Shown here: positions 27,213 to 41,087 of the stretch, piece after piece | Position numbering within the stretch: the first letter of the stretch is position 1 | How the letters are laid out: each line of letters opens with the position of its first letter | From: Isurus oxyrinchus | Taxonomy: Eukaryota | Direction: 5' to 3' | NCBI GenBank assembly: GCA_026770705.1 | Contig: JANJGN010000002.1 | Coordinates: 48,918,001 to 48,982,000, forward strand | Length of the DNA: 64,000 bases | Position numbers and translations under genes: made by a program | Notes under the pieces: generated by a model | What the model was told of the DNA's origin: nothing | Seen by the model: the letters and a program-made list of their open reading frames with translations, nothing else | The model's database searches: none

Positions 27213-29031
27213 TTATAGTGCCTTTAAATTATGTTTGCGCGTGCTACATCTAGGTGCTCCCCCCTTGCTGGTACCGGCATTGGAGAGAGCCTGCTGACTT
27301 TGCTGTCTTGTTGGCCTTGATGACCTTAGCAGTCATCCTCTGGCCAGTGGAGCCTGTGCTGGCCCAGCCTGGGAGGGAGCGGCCAGTGCCAAGGCTGGCA
27401 TTTCCTCAGTCGCCTCATCAGATGCCATGGTCATTGGCAGAGGAGTTGCTGCTGTCATCCAGAACGCCCTGAGAGGAGCCTACAGAGATGACAGGCAATT
27501 CATGTGCCAATGTGAGATCACTCTGGACCTCCTGGCACACTATTGATGGATGGTCACCAGCTGGGATACTGGATGCCTCATCCATCTCTCACACTGACAC
27601 TGATCACCCAGTGCCTGTGTGAGGGCTTGTACGTCTGAGCGCATCCCCAGGAAAACCTCATTCTGTTCCTGGAGCTGCCTTTCCTTGAAAGTTGCCACTT
27701 TCTCAATGGAGGAGGCAGTGTGCTCAGTCATGATGGTCATGCAGTGCTCATTCTCTGGTACCATGGTACGCAGACCCTCATGGTACCCTCCCGCTGGACG
27801 CCCAGCATCTGCTGCCTAATGGACAACTCCAGAGGCTCATCATCAGCCTTCAACTGAGCATTGTCCTGGTCCAAAGCAGCCTTCCAACTGCCGGCGCCCT
27901 GGGAACTCTCTGCTTCTGCCTGCACCTCAAGCGATTGTGAAGTGCCCTCACCAGTGTGCACCGATTCTAGCCACCACTCTAATGCCCACCAATATGCTGG
28001 TGCCCAGTTCAGAGAGCGGGTGAAAATTACACCCAGTGGTCCCTCCAGTGTTGGGGGTGGCCCTTCGAGGTCCAGAGAGCGATTGCCTGCTGGCGAACTT
28101 AAAAGGAAGAAGAAGGACATGTCATTAGTTAAAGTCATCATATTGTCATTGTCACTATGCATGTCAGGCACCCTGGTGAGACAACGGATAATCTGCAGGA
28201 TGGTGGCCTCATCTTCCAATGATCAATGGCAACTCCAGGTTCGAGGCTCACATCAATGAAGAGACTACACTAGAATAGTTGCACAAGCCGAAATTCTCAC
28301 CTCTGTGCACTGCACCCTTACCTTCGTCTGGCATCCCTGTCTCTCCAAGCACGGTTGCATGTGGGGCATGCCGGCTCTCAAGCTCTAGGGCTTCTTGCTT
28401 ATGCCTCGAGGGGATTAGGAGGCTAGCGGGGCCTCCACCAGTCAGCAACCTTTCTATTTTGTTGTGGGCCGTCTTCTCCTGAAACAACAGAGCAGCAGTG
28501 ATTAGTCCACTGTCTACCTGCAGCCCCATTGCAGCCTGGCCAACCCCAGCTGAGGAGCACCTGACAGGGCACAATGAAGGTGTGGCCCTTGAATGGCAAG
28601 GCACTCAGTCCAAGCAGCAAGGGCTCACTCCTTTGGCCAGCTCCGGTGTGATTGATAGTTGGTACTCAGACTCTAGCACCCCTGAGGTCCATGGTGGGGG
28701 GGGGACGGCCACACCTTAACACTTCTGCACATTGACCAATACCAACATGGTACTCACCCTTCCTGAGCACAGAAGGTAATTGAAGCGCTTTCAGCACAGC
28801 ACCCAGGAGCGCCACACCACGTCACGGCTGCTGATCAGTGCTGCCACCTCCTCCCAAGTCTTCTTGGTGAGGTGCAGTGGAATCCTCCTCAAATCCCTGT
28901 GGTCAAGGGTGTCCCACCTGGCAGTCACCTGCTCCAGGAGGATGGTGAGGCACTCATTAGAGAAGCAGGGGGGCTGAGTGCCCACCCGACCTGCCCTCTC
29001 GCCTGCCGTATCCAGCTGCACTCGGGTCCAT
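27213..29031 (-). pseudogene. Harbinger Myb/SANT-like (trihelix) DNA-binding protein pseudogene, 3 exons
   Basis: ATG at 29031; exon 1 to 28758 (PCFSNECL..LL..V...W..VA..I......RSW..C*KRFN; GTGAGT donor); exon 2 28478-28301 (EKTAHNKIERLLTGGGP); exon 3 from ~28095 to TAA at 27213. One frameshift in a C6 run and an internal stop in exon 1. Confidence 0.85.
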
Positions 29032-32000
29032 AGTGCCGGCTCAGGGAATGTCCTCCACAGCAGCCTTCCAGAGGCTGTCTGGGCTGCTTTTAAACTGGCT
29101 GCTGCGTTGCCATTGGACCCGGCAGCCAACAGGCTCCTGCCCCTGCACGGCCCTTCCCGGCCAGTGCGGAGCCGCGTTTCACGCTGGGTGGACCTTAATT
29201 GGCCTGCCAGCATGAATCGCGGTCGGGGCCTGATCGTGGGCAGCAGTCCGTTTCGCGGCCATCCGATGAAGGGAAAATCCTGCCCCAAGAGTAGTTCTCA
29301 AATCACAGCTATCTGATTCTAATAATAATAATTTCTGGAAACCTTTCTTCATCATTGGGCTTCTATGGTAAACGTGTCACCAGTTCTGCTCATACAAGCA
29401 TTCTTTACTTCGAAGAGGAACGCCATTTTGTTTTACAAACCTTGATTGTCTCAGTAAACAAGGAAATTATTCAATTGAATCAGAAATACTTTTTTTGGTG
29501 CACTATGTATTAAAGTTAATAAATTGTGTTTCTACTGTATTCCTGTTCTTAGTGCTAGAGGTTCCTACAGGACACTCCTGTTCTGCTTTGCATTTCTCTT
29601 TGCTTCTGACTGGATTTCAGTAAAACTCTGGGATTCAGAATAATCACCATTTTTCTGTAGATAGGAGTAAGTTAGAAATTCAAATCATCTCACATATTTA
29701 TGTACATGTATGCATGTAATCTGTAAACACAGGCGTAGATTTTGGGAGCAAACACTTCACTATAGTTGTCAAAGTGTTAAATAAATTTATAGCACAGCTA
29801 TGTCTATGATTAAGTAAAAAGTTTTAGGAGAGAAATTAGTTACAAAAGTTTTTGGATATTGTCCCATATATTTATAAAATATCAGCAGTACTTTAGATGG
29901 GGAAGTAAAGGAGCTTGGATTTTTGACAGCTCTAAATGCCATTAAACAAAAAAGTAATATTGCTCGCCTCCTTAGTCTGAACAAACAAGCTGCCACATAT
30001 TTTTAATATCTATTTCCTCTTCACTTGAAAGCGTTGTTTTTCAGCCGTTTTTCTAGAATGTCAAAGTCAATTTAATACATTTCACTATGCTGAATAAATC
30101 AGAACCGAAATCCTTGCTAAAAGTGAAAATTTGATTTGCTAAAAGGAGCTTAGGGCAACTATTAATCAATACATCCAGTGTGTCAGTGCTGAGGCCCTGA
30201 TAGACAGTGATGCATTTGGATATTGGTTGAAGCAGATGGAGGCTTGCCGGAGAGGGTTGTGGCTGCTGGGGTGTTCTTGGTAAAGTCACATTCAATTCCA
30301 TAGAGAGCTTGTCATCACCTGAGCTGAAACAAACCTTTCTAAATCAGCTGCTCATCAATTTAAGCAGCCCAATCTCCTTAGCAAGTGTTCTAGATATTGC
30401 TACTCTGTTTATTATACAGCAATCTTACTTGTTCCATTCACTCAAAGTGCACATTTTCTCTCTGCCTGTTTTGCTCACCATTTCTCCCCCACTTCAGTTA
30501 TTTGGTCTTTTGAGAATTAAAGAAGGGGCAGTGCAGCTTGATTCTGGATCACCCCGTTGATTTTGAAAGGATTTTTTGTAATTGTTGATTAAAACTAAAA
30601 CAAACAATGAACAAGTAACGTGGCTAATGAGAAGCTATCAACGGCACAAGGCTACATAAATTAGCTATTTCCATAAGTACACAAAGGAGAATCCGATCGA
30701 ACAATGGTGTTACCGCAGAGAGATTTGGAGGAAAAAGCAAGCATGTCTTTCATTGCCTATGAAAAGAAGTTATAGAACTTACTTGGGCTAAGCATCAAAA
30801 TCTCTTAAGTGCACAGTAATCATTTCTCCTGCCCATTTGCTCCAAAAACATTCCATTGTTGTCGTGTGCTCTATGGCTGCTTTTGCCTGCAGATTTGTTC
30901 ATTGATTTATTTCTCTTAACCCCCATAGACTTCTAAAAATTCTTCTGCACAAATTGATCTGGCTACCCAATTCAAATAAAACTTTAAATTGTTAAAGGAT
31001 TTCACAGCAGCTGTCACCGGTTATAGTTTTTCCCCAGCAGTTCCTTTGTTCTTTAACTCTGTGAAACCTCTATGTATGATCTTACAAGCAGCCGAGCTGT
31101 GAAATCAACCATACAAATCGAGCTGCTAATAATTGTGTATTGAAGAAGCATATAAACACTCTTTAAAAACAATAGTTACCTAGAGTAGCACCATTTAGTT
31201 TGTGATTACTATTTTGTGCAATCATCCCAAACCCAAGTGTAAAAATATGTTTACTCTTTGAGGATTTTTTGGTCCAAAACTATTTCTGAAAAGAAGAAAA
31301 AACAGTTCAAAATTGTCAAAAAACAGTATTACTTGCACCAGCGGTACTGGAGTTCCATGTTCAGGTATACAAAACCAGTTCAGACCAGTACCAGTCATTT
31401 CCAAATTTTACTTTTTTTTTCCCCGGTTGGTGCTCCATTTTGCTGTGATATTCTGCTGTGACACAGAATGGTAGCATGTGGGATTGTTTCTTTATTTCTC
31501 CCAAACAAGGAGTTCATCTTCTCATTTATAGTGTTGGGGAAGCTGTGTCAAATGCCAAATGCCTTTTCCTAGAGAACAAGGGAAAATCATAGTTCATGTT
31601 CCCATCACAGGATCGTGGAGGAAGCAGGGTGAGGTTCAAGTAGAGTACAGTAGAGTACAGTAGTTGGAAGTGCGTGACCTGATCTAGTTAACTAAATAAC
31701 TAAGTATTAATTCCATGTGTCTTTAATGCACTACTTTTCACAGCTAAGGTGGATCTGAACCTGCTTAACCTACATGAGAAAGGATTAATTACCAGTACAG
31801 AACAGTGTTAAAATGAGTCAGCACATTTCCAGCAAGGTACATGTTGACCTGGCTAGACGGTCTAGTAAATGGGGATAGGAGGTGTTAATGGCAAGGTTGG
31901 CTTTACTATAGGAGGGAGTCAGCAGTATTGAACCTGCCTCCTCTAATACCCCTATAACAACCAGATAATTTGCCAATTTAGGACAGTCCAGAACATTTCC

Positions 32001-32440
32001 TCAGTAGTCCTACTTTGGCAACGTGAATGCTAATTTAAACTGCGTTTGTAACTCAGTTGTTCTGTTTGGAAATCCAGTTTTAACTGCAGAATATGATTAT
32101 TCTGTTTGAATTATTTCCAGTAACATAGGCATTGAGATTTAAATTTGCCATTTAACATGGGATATACAAAATTAACATACTTTTAAAATAACTATTAATA
32201 TTTTAAACATTTTGATTATGGTTATTAATGAAACATCATTGACCATTTACTATGCAAATACTTGGTTGCTAGTCAATGTGTTATAATGAGGTGATGCATA
32301 TTCAGATCTAAAATGTTTAAAATGGTTGTTAACCATTACCACCAAAACAAATTGTCTGGTCACTTATCTCATTGCTGTTTGTGAAACATTACTGTATACA
32401 AATTGGCTACCATATTTGCCTACTTAACAACAGGCGCTAT

Positions 32441-32841
32441 GGGTTGAATTTTCCCTGTCCCTTGATGGTGCGCTTGGAGATGGTAAACTGTATCCATACA
32501 GCTCCCAGTGCATTCCCACCAATGGGAAACTTCTTTGGTGGGGTGGGATTAGGATCAGGTGCCTGTTCTATAACCAATTAACTTGGTTATGGCCTCAATT
32601 AGGTATGGAAGGTTGCACCCATGGCCCACATGATCCACAGGGCAGAATTTTCCCTCCATTCTGAGGGGCCAAATGGCTTCCACCCTCATAATTTTTTTAT
32701 TTGTATCCATGCCTGGAGACATCCTTACACATAGGCCACCTCCGGGAAGAGTATGCCTCAGACATGCTGCTGGCAAAAGAAGGCTTAGGACCCCATTTGT
32801 TCACTATGTTGGTTTCCCAAAGCCAGTGGGCAATTCTACCC
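32441..32841. mobile_element. Composite Harbinger MITE fragments
   Basis: Two left-type termini (GGGTTGAATTTTCC at 32441, GGGCAGAATTTTCC at 32640) and one right terminus CAATTCTACCC; no clean TSD. Confidence 0.5.
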
Positions 32842-33596
32842 CTGCATGTTGAAAGATAATTAACTCACTTTGGGAGATCCTGAGAGCATGAAGGATGATA
32901 TATGAATGCAAGTTTATCAATTTTTTCTTTCTATTTTATTAGCATATATTTGGAAACTAAAGATCATGGATTTGGTTCTATGCTGCAAGCACTATTACTA
33001 TTGCACTATTGTTGTTTTCCAATTAAAGTGCCTGGAATTTAACTCCATTTAAAGAATATCTTAATATTTACTCTTTGCCATATTTCTAGCTGGTTTATCA
33101 CTGTATGGATTATTTCAATAAATAGCATGAAAGTTGCACGTGAGCAATGGAGCCATATCCATTGAATATGATAGCACATAATATCCAGTAACACACCAGC
33201 TAATTGCACATGACCAAACTGTTCACCCAGCAATAGTTTGTTGATATCCCTGAAAAAAATAAAATAATTACTCTGTTTTGCTGAAGTGTTCCTTTTCATT
33301 TTCAGTGACTTCAATATTATTTCCCTTCAACATTGTGCATTCTTTCTGCTGCCATTCCAGCTCAGTATCCCTTGGATGTACACATATCTCACAGTGTTAC
33401 ATAACTTGTCCCAATTGTCTCTATAATTGTGTGTATCTGACCTGACTGACTCATTGTGGTCCAGTGCTGTTATATCCTAATCAACAGAAAACAAGCACCC
33501 ATATGGAAGCAGATTTTAATAAAAGAACAGATACGGCCTAAGGTGCAGACGTAAACAGAGTACTCTATGAGTTCATCTGTTTGATGCAGAACACCT

Positions 33597-33980
33597 AAGA
33601 AAGAAACACTTGCATTTAAATAGTGTTTTTCACAACCTCACGTCATCCCAACACACTTTACAGCCAATGAAGGGCTTTTGAATTGTACTTACTGTTGTAA
33701 CGTAGGAAACAAGGCAGCCAATTTTCACGCAACGAAGTTCACAAACAGCAATGAGGTAACTGCCAGATAATCTGTTTTAGTGATGTTGATTGAGTGATAA
33801 ATATTGACCAGCACACTAGGAAGCAACTCTTCTGCTCTTCTTCAAAAATAGGGCCATGGAACCTTTTACATCCAGCTGCGCGGGCAAACGGGGTCCTTGT
33901 TTGATGTCTCATCCAAAAGATATCATCTCCGACAGTGCTCCATCAGCACTGCACTGAAGTACTAGCCTAAGTTTTGTGCC
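33597..33980 (-). mobile_element. Deu-domain SINE (SacSINE1/AmnSINE1-like), 5'-truncated
   Basis: Recognisable Deu-like central block (CTGCTCTTCTTCAAAAATAG..GCCATGG..CCTTTTACATCCA; TCTCATCCAAAAGA..CTCCGACAGTGC) and L2-type tail ACTTGCATTTAAATAG. Family assignment from memory. Confidence 0.75.
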
Positions 33981-34909
33981 GATGAATTTCTACTCCCCAA
34001 GAAATATGAGCAAGAACAAAAAAGTTACTAGTTTTAGTAGGATACACCGTTAAGGCAGCCATGCCATTTCCTCCCACAAATAGATGGTCTACAATGTTAC
34101 TTCTGAAGATGCTGGTGGAAATGGTGTATCAGAGTAATGTAAAAGCCTCAGAATATGGATACTGGGCAGGGATAGACCTTGTGTAATTGTGCAAGGGTAG
34201 TGTAGTTCACCCCTGCAAATAAACTAACATTACAGCATTAAAATCCATGTTGCCTCACCTTCCAGCTTATTTTCGTTGGAGATAATGGGGAGCCCACTGA
34301 ACTTCAGCACTGTAAGAATTTTTAATTTCTGTTTAGGCAGTCCTTTTTAAGAGGAGTGTAATGTCAAGGCATACAATTATTTTTTATCTTTTAAAAGAAA
34401 ATAAGGATATAGACTTGAGCAGATGGAGCTAATGATATACTGCCTTTTTCACACCATTCAATGTTGCTTTTAGACAAGAGTCTTATTTATAAAAACACAG
34501 CTCTGAAATTAGAGCAGCCTAGCTACTGATGATGGCCTTTATAAACGGTAACAAACACAGCTGGCTTGACAGTATATTGCCAAGATAGTTAGAATGTGGC
34601 GGGTGAAAAAATAATTTTCATTAGAGAAGCATTTTGTCTGCGTAGCGGCAAGAAATGCTTTTCTGAGGCTGCTTAGTCAGGGATATCAGCCTGTTGGCAG
34701 GGAGTGATTGCCAGACGAAAAACAAGGTATTATTGCACATTTTTCCCTCTTATTAGTTTGATTACATTTGCAAATCAAATCAATCCATCAGTCGTGATCA
34801 GCTGTGTTCAGAATTCAAGGAATGGTAATCTTCTTCTAATAAGATGCAAATGTGTCACATCGGTAAGTAACCAATAAATCATTGGTGTGTCATTGGCAAT
34901 CATTAAATA

Positions 34910-35041
34910 NNNNNNNNNNNNNNNNNNNNNNNNNNNNNNNNNNNNNNNNNNNNNNNNNNNNNNNNNNNNNNNNNNNNNNNNNNNNNNNNNNNNNNNNNNN
35001 NNNNNNNNNNNNNNNNNNNNNNNNNNNNNNNNNNNNNNNNN
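34910..35041. other. Assembly gap (132 N)
   Basis: Run of N. Confidence 1.
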
Positions 35042-37769
35042 AACTTGGCTGTCATCACAGTACATTATTCCTCACAGTTCATGCAAAGTTCACAGACAAG
35101 CATGAAATGGCCATTTCTTTCCCCAATAACTGTTCAAATGGGCCATCCTTTCCATCAGAGAACAAGCAGGCAGGGCTGGCAGGCCTTGGAAATGGAATTG
35201 GATACGAGCTGTCTGAGTCTACTAAAGTATTATAACCTCTGCACATCAGCAGATGGGAGCAATGCATCAGGCTAAGCAGGGATTCCAGGGCGAGGGCAAA
35301 GAGGAGCTGGCATTTCTGACAAAAGCCCATAGGCTTCTCTATCAGACAACTGTGTAAGATTAGGTTTGCCAAGCAATGCAGTTTTATCTTGCCTAAAGTG
35401 ATTCACCCATGTTCTCTGTCTCTTTGCTACTAGTAAAATCCACCTATTAATAGTTTCTGTTTAGTTCCTGAAAGTATCCCATAGCCTCGCTATCAACTTA
35501 TTCCAAAATGCATGTTTTATTTTATCTAGCATTTGATTATAATGTGACTACCCTAGTTGAATACCACTGGTAAACTACAAAGTGCTTCAGTGACCTACTG
35601 TAGTTAGAGCAAGACACATGAACTGAACAAGTGGCTCATCTGAGAAAAAGGAGATGGATATCCATATTTTATAACCTGCATTAATTTGACCAGACATAGG
35701 AAGAAGGATTCCATTATGAATGGGCTTTTAGAAAGGACTGTTATTTAATTGTCTATTCCGGCTTACCCAACATTTCCAGTATTTAAGCTACATATATTGG
35801 ATAAATATTAGATGCTTCATTTGTTTGCTGTCTTTCCTGGTTTACCATTTGTTGTGGAGGTGGTGAGATGGGTTAATGGAATAATCACATTTTCCTGACT
35901 GCTCTAAGGCATCACTGCAAAACTAATTGGGTGGGAAAAAATTGAGAACATGTATCTAAGGATATCATGTAAATGATTATTTCATTTGTACAAACATATT
36001 TTCATAGGTTCTATGTTAGGCACCCGATTTCTACAAATATATGGTAAAATACCTTTAATAAGTACATATACTGCTAATTACTGGTGAGGCTTTTGTCAAC
36101 TTTCAAAGTCCAAAGTTTTACTGCATTAATACATAGAAATGATTCACCAGAGAATATTGCTAAAAGGAGAAAAAAAAACAATAGGAACAGTATATACACA
36201 GTTGGCCCATTCCTTCATAGCAGTGTTAGCTTTTGTGAGGATCCCCATCTCTCAACACATTTGTTACTGTCATACACTTGGGGTCTGTAGAGTTCTTTTA
36301 AAAAATTGCTGAATTAGCTGAAAGGAGCTATAGACTTCAAGAACAAATCTACTGGGGACTGCTGAGGGAAGAAGAAAGAGTATAACACGACACACGACAG
36401 AACAGCTAACAGATAGCTGGAGAGGGATGCCCTAATGCACAGCTGCTGCCTCCCATAGACAGCTCATCCTCTTCTTTTGTCAATCCAAAGCATTGTGGTT
36501 GCATTTGTGCAGGGATTTATAGTTTATCTTTATCTATTGCTTCATCTGTAGGTAGCTATTATAGATGCCTGGGCTGGTTATTGTTTGGGGGTGATAGATC
36601 TGTCTGTACTTCATCAAAGAAACTGGAGTAGCTAAAAGCCATTGGGTGAAGCTTATGATGAAATACGAGCCATCAGCCTCAGTAATGGCTGTAAAATTTC
36701 ATAATTACATGTCCTTTATTACATTGCATAATGATCCTGAAGCAGTATGAAACAATTAATTAAGATTTTGAACCATGGCTTTTTTGAAATTAAAAGGTAC
36801 TCGGTCTGTGAAATGGGGAAGTGGCTTTCCTTTAAAGCATGAAGGAGACGGGTGTTCAGGGAATCTGATATATTGAGCCTAGATTTGTAAGATGCACTGA
36901 ACTAAGGAAAATTCCTCTCAAGCAATCATAAATGAAGTATTTTGTACAAAATGTAGTGTCATAGTACCCCAGATTAGACTTGTCACATCTGCCATTTTCC
37001 ACCGCTATTTGCCTCATTCAGTGTTTTTGGTGTGGCTGATAAGAAATTGAGTGACTTGCAAAGTGCAGGCATTAAAAAAAAACTGGTCTTGTTTAGTGTT
37101 TCTTTCTATCAGCATCAAAAATGGAATGCTGAAAAAATGCATCACAATGTTTGATTTTCCTTGCTCTTTGTAGAGCATATTATATACAAAAGAAACCTAT
37201 TGATTTATAACGGTGAACTTTGCTTTAAAAAAAGTTTATTCTGTTAATTGCTTTCATATTGTGCAATATTACAAATGGCAGACTTTTAATACTATTTTAA
37301 TAAACCACTGGAAGGCATTTCATTATACGATTAAGAGTTTAAAGAATAAAAACATTACTATGTTGAAAAGAGTTGTAGTTGAAGCACAGTTTTTCCAAGT
37401 AATAATCAGCAAGATAAGAGGTAATTGGAAGGGAACAAATTAAAGATTGTCACTCAGTTGGTTGCCACTTAGGCTGGATTTACTCTGGTTGAGGATTGGA
37501 TTTTCTGTGTATGTTTATATTCATTGTCTGATTCCTAAAGTAATGCTATAAGACCTAAAGCTGGCAGTGGGAATATGGAAATCAGGTGATTTGATTGGAT
37601 AATGTAGATTAGGATGGTGAATAAAATGGTCAGCATTTGTTAGCTGTATTTCTTATATCACTATTCAATTGGTCAATTTTGATTCAGAGATCAATTTAAG
37701 CAAGGTAGCTACTAAAAGGTGATGCAGTTGCAGATTGTAGAGAATTATCTAACAGATGCTCATATTTTA

Positions 37770-37905
37770 TAGAATCGTGCAGAAAGAGGCCATTGAACCC
37801 ATCGTGCCTGTGCCAACTCTTTCAAAGAGCAATCCAATCATTCTCCTGCTGTATAACCATAGCCCTGCATTTTTTTCCTTTTCAAGTATATATCCAATAG
37901 TCAAT
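37770..37905 (-). mobile_element. CR1 3'-end fragment
   Basis: Matches the left end of the 14530 CR1 (GAGGCCATT..CCCATC..GCCTGTGCC..CTCTTTCAAAGAGCAATCCAAT). Confidence 0.65.
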
Positions 37906-40900
37906 ATATTTTTGAAATTATGCAGAACCGCCTATGTGTCATTGCAGGAATCCAGCAGACAGTGCCTAGGCATTAGATTATTAAAAAAGAATCTCACACA
38001 TATTACACTGGTACCTATTGTTTACTCTTTAACTCTAATATTATTCTTGAGCTATTGCCATCAAATTGGAATGTAACATTTTCAGTTGAAAATGTTGTAA
38101 TAAAGAGATTGTTCCTAGTGTTTGCAATTTGTTTGATCATATTCTTTAATATTTACATTAGTGTAAGCATAAGATAAATTCTATGATTAGAAGGGTTACA
38201 CCAATAAAATAGAAATCCTGCTCATTTAGAAGGGACCTTATTTTGGGGATTAAGTGTCTTAATTAATACTTATTTTAAAATGGGAGGGTGAGGAATGTGC
38301 AGTAATGTCTTTGCATTGTGCGCAGTAAATTCGCAGAAATGATGAGGAAGGAGCCAGCATCTCCGAAACAGCTTGTACCAGGGGCTGAAGGGAAAATCAC
38401 ACAGTTTTGAGGTAACGAGCTAGAACATTTCACTAGTACAGAGTTATCTGATTCCATTAAAGTCATTACTGGCAAAACGCACAGGTGCCCCCCCCACCCC
38501 ACCAATCCACACTCCACCACCCCACGGCTATTGCCTGTACATTTCTGTATGGATGCTGGCTGCCGGATTGGACTAATGGTGTCATTCTTACAAAAATCCG
38601 GGTGTTGTTGGCTCTGATCACTTGTCATTCCTTAATGGAAACAAAATAGTTCTCCCAGTAAGAAGCTCAATGTCATTTCACTACCCCATGCTGTCCTAGC
38701 AATAGTCAAATGACAGAGTGATTCTCAGTAGGAGTAATTAAAATGTAAATATTGATATTTTATTATTTGAAATTACTTTCCAGTACAGCATTTAATGTTG
38801 CTCCATCTGTGCAGCTCTGTTTAGTGGTCACTTAAGTGCAGCTCTGGGACATGAAGCAGCAGTTCAATCCTGTCATGTCAAAATGCTTGTTCCTGCTTAA
38901 TTTTGATATCTAATTAAGTGGAAAAGTACAGTCCATACTGTAATCCAGGCATCTTAAACAGCTGCTTGGGTATATTTAGAATTAATCTTGGCTATGAATT
39001 GTCTTAATGTATGCAATTAAGAGTCTGCGCATTCCTAATTAGGTGTATTAGAATCATGCAGCTTACCATCCTGGTATAGACTTTGAGATGTCTGCCTCGA
39101 GAGCAAATGATAACGCTCCTAAATGGATTGTGATAAACATGGCAGTGTTAATGCATTTTTTTCATCCAGCATTGCTGCCGCATAGAGTTTCATCCCTTGT
39201 TTCAGTGAGATGAAAGCAGCCTCTGATAAAAGCTGAAACCACTTCAGTCTGCTCAATGGCACCAGTCTACATATCAGTATGTCTCTGTTACACAAACTCA
39301 GGGGGATTAGGTGTTAAAATTGTCTATTTTTCATCATATTCACTGTCTTTTCGCAAACAGAATTATTCAATACTTATTGAACATTGGAAATATATTTGAA
39401 TGTAGGCTGAAAGAATTCTGTTTTGGAATTCACATTATGTGCATTTTTGCTAAATGCTCAGCGTTGCTTGGATCAAACAGATGTTTCCAAATCTCTGTGT
39501 ATGTATTATTACTAATGCAGACAAACCCCAGTCCATGGCTTTATGCAGTGCAGTACATTGTGTAATCAAGCTCCAGTTTTGTTTTTTTACAAGTATTAGG
39601 AAACTTTTTCTCTCCTTTCTGTTATATATTGTATTGTATATTACAGCCAGATAGGTCACTTGTCGTATGTAGTTAGGCAACTTTTAATCAAATGATTGAA
39701 CAAAAATGCTAATGAAACTCAGTTTGCCTGGGTAGCTTAACTGATGCTGCACTTCTCAGCTCGGCGGTCATATAGATTTCAGTTCCTCCCTCCTCTCATT
39801 CCTTGTCTCCAAATCACATATTATAATGTGTTTTGTACAGGTTCCAGGTAGTTTGTTGAGTTCAATAACTCTGCACATGTTCCCAGTTTGATGACGTGGG
39901 TATGGAGGGAGATTGCAATAAAAAAATCTATTCTACATAAAATACTTCAGCATTACAGTTCCTGCTTTTCTTAACTATAAAGCTTTTCCTCGATATAGAG
40001 CTATATTTAAATGAAAGACTGCTTTGCTTCAAAATAGCATTCTCAAGTTTTAAAATATTGTATAAAGTATTGTCACAGGCTTAAGTCATGCCTATATCAT
40101 GTTAGTACTTGAAGATATTTCTGATTTTCTGTGGAAAATCAAAACCAGGAACTACCACTGCAATGCTGAAGTCCATCAAAATTGATGAACTGAGACTCAC
40201 AATAGAAATGCCAACTCTCCCATGAGGGAATATAGGATCACGTCAAAGACAAAAATATTGCAAAAGCAACTTCCAGAATATTAGCTACTTTACTAATATA
40301 TTTTAGACTGACAAAAGCTTCATGAAAAATTATCCGGGGAGGAGGAAGTGCTCTGCCTAATTTTCATGGTGAATATGGATTATGCATTGCTCTGTTTTGA
40401 CATGATTGACATCATAAGTAATATTTGCAAACCATATTTTTATGAAGATGGTGCCCATTTGAAAAAGTGGAAAATGTATAAATTGCATCTTGCTTTATGT
40501 CTATTTCTTCCCAGTTCTTTAAGTCCAGTATGTTGTAATCCTGACCAAAAAGACAAGTAACCTGCTCTCAAGTTTCCTATACAGTTGCATAATTGACCAC
40601 CAGAAGGTGTCATTGCTTCATCTTAATTTGATATCTTTTAAATGGTCCAAGTAAGACTGCAGTGACAGTCTGTGATGGATCATGGGGAGAACACATGCCC
40701 AACAAATCCTTGGTTTAATATTGCATTCTAGTTTGCTGGACTACCTGTGCTACAAACAAAATATGTTGTTTTTTGGGGGGGAAAGTTATATTTGAACTGA
40801 AGCAACAGAAATATTCAGGGCAATTTGCAATTTTAATGAATACAACTGGAAACTTCAAGCGAGGTACAAGAACACCAGGACAGTTTCCATCCTTGCAAAC

Positions 40901-41087
40901 TCCTCTCCCTGTCCAAAGTACAATTAAAATAAAGAATACATTGGATGAGAAATTCAGGTCATTGGCACCATTTTTTGGGTGCCACAAGTGTCATTAGAAT
41001 TCCAAGTGGTGTCCATGTCACACATACACAGTGGTTGCAGGCATTTGCTCATTCACAGTGAGCAGCCATGGTGATCAATCAGATGTA

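Larger units (their letters stand above)
25725..29285 (+). mobile_element. Near full-length PIF/Harbinger transposon, 3.56 kb, best preserved copy
   Basis: TIRs GGGCAGAATTTT / AAAATCCTGCCC, TSD CAA/CAA, convergent transposase and Myb/SANT genes. Confidence 0.95.

Noticed and set aside
31640-31663. GTAGAGTACA tandem duplication
   Set aside because: A simple 10-bp slippage event with no further structure.
38200-38640. Further degenerate MITE-like segments (also ~7050-7740 and ~63190-63530)
   Set aside because: GC-richer and TE-like, but no matching TIR pair or TSD could be defined by eye.
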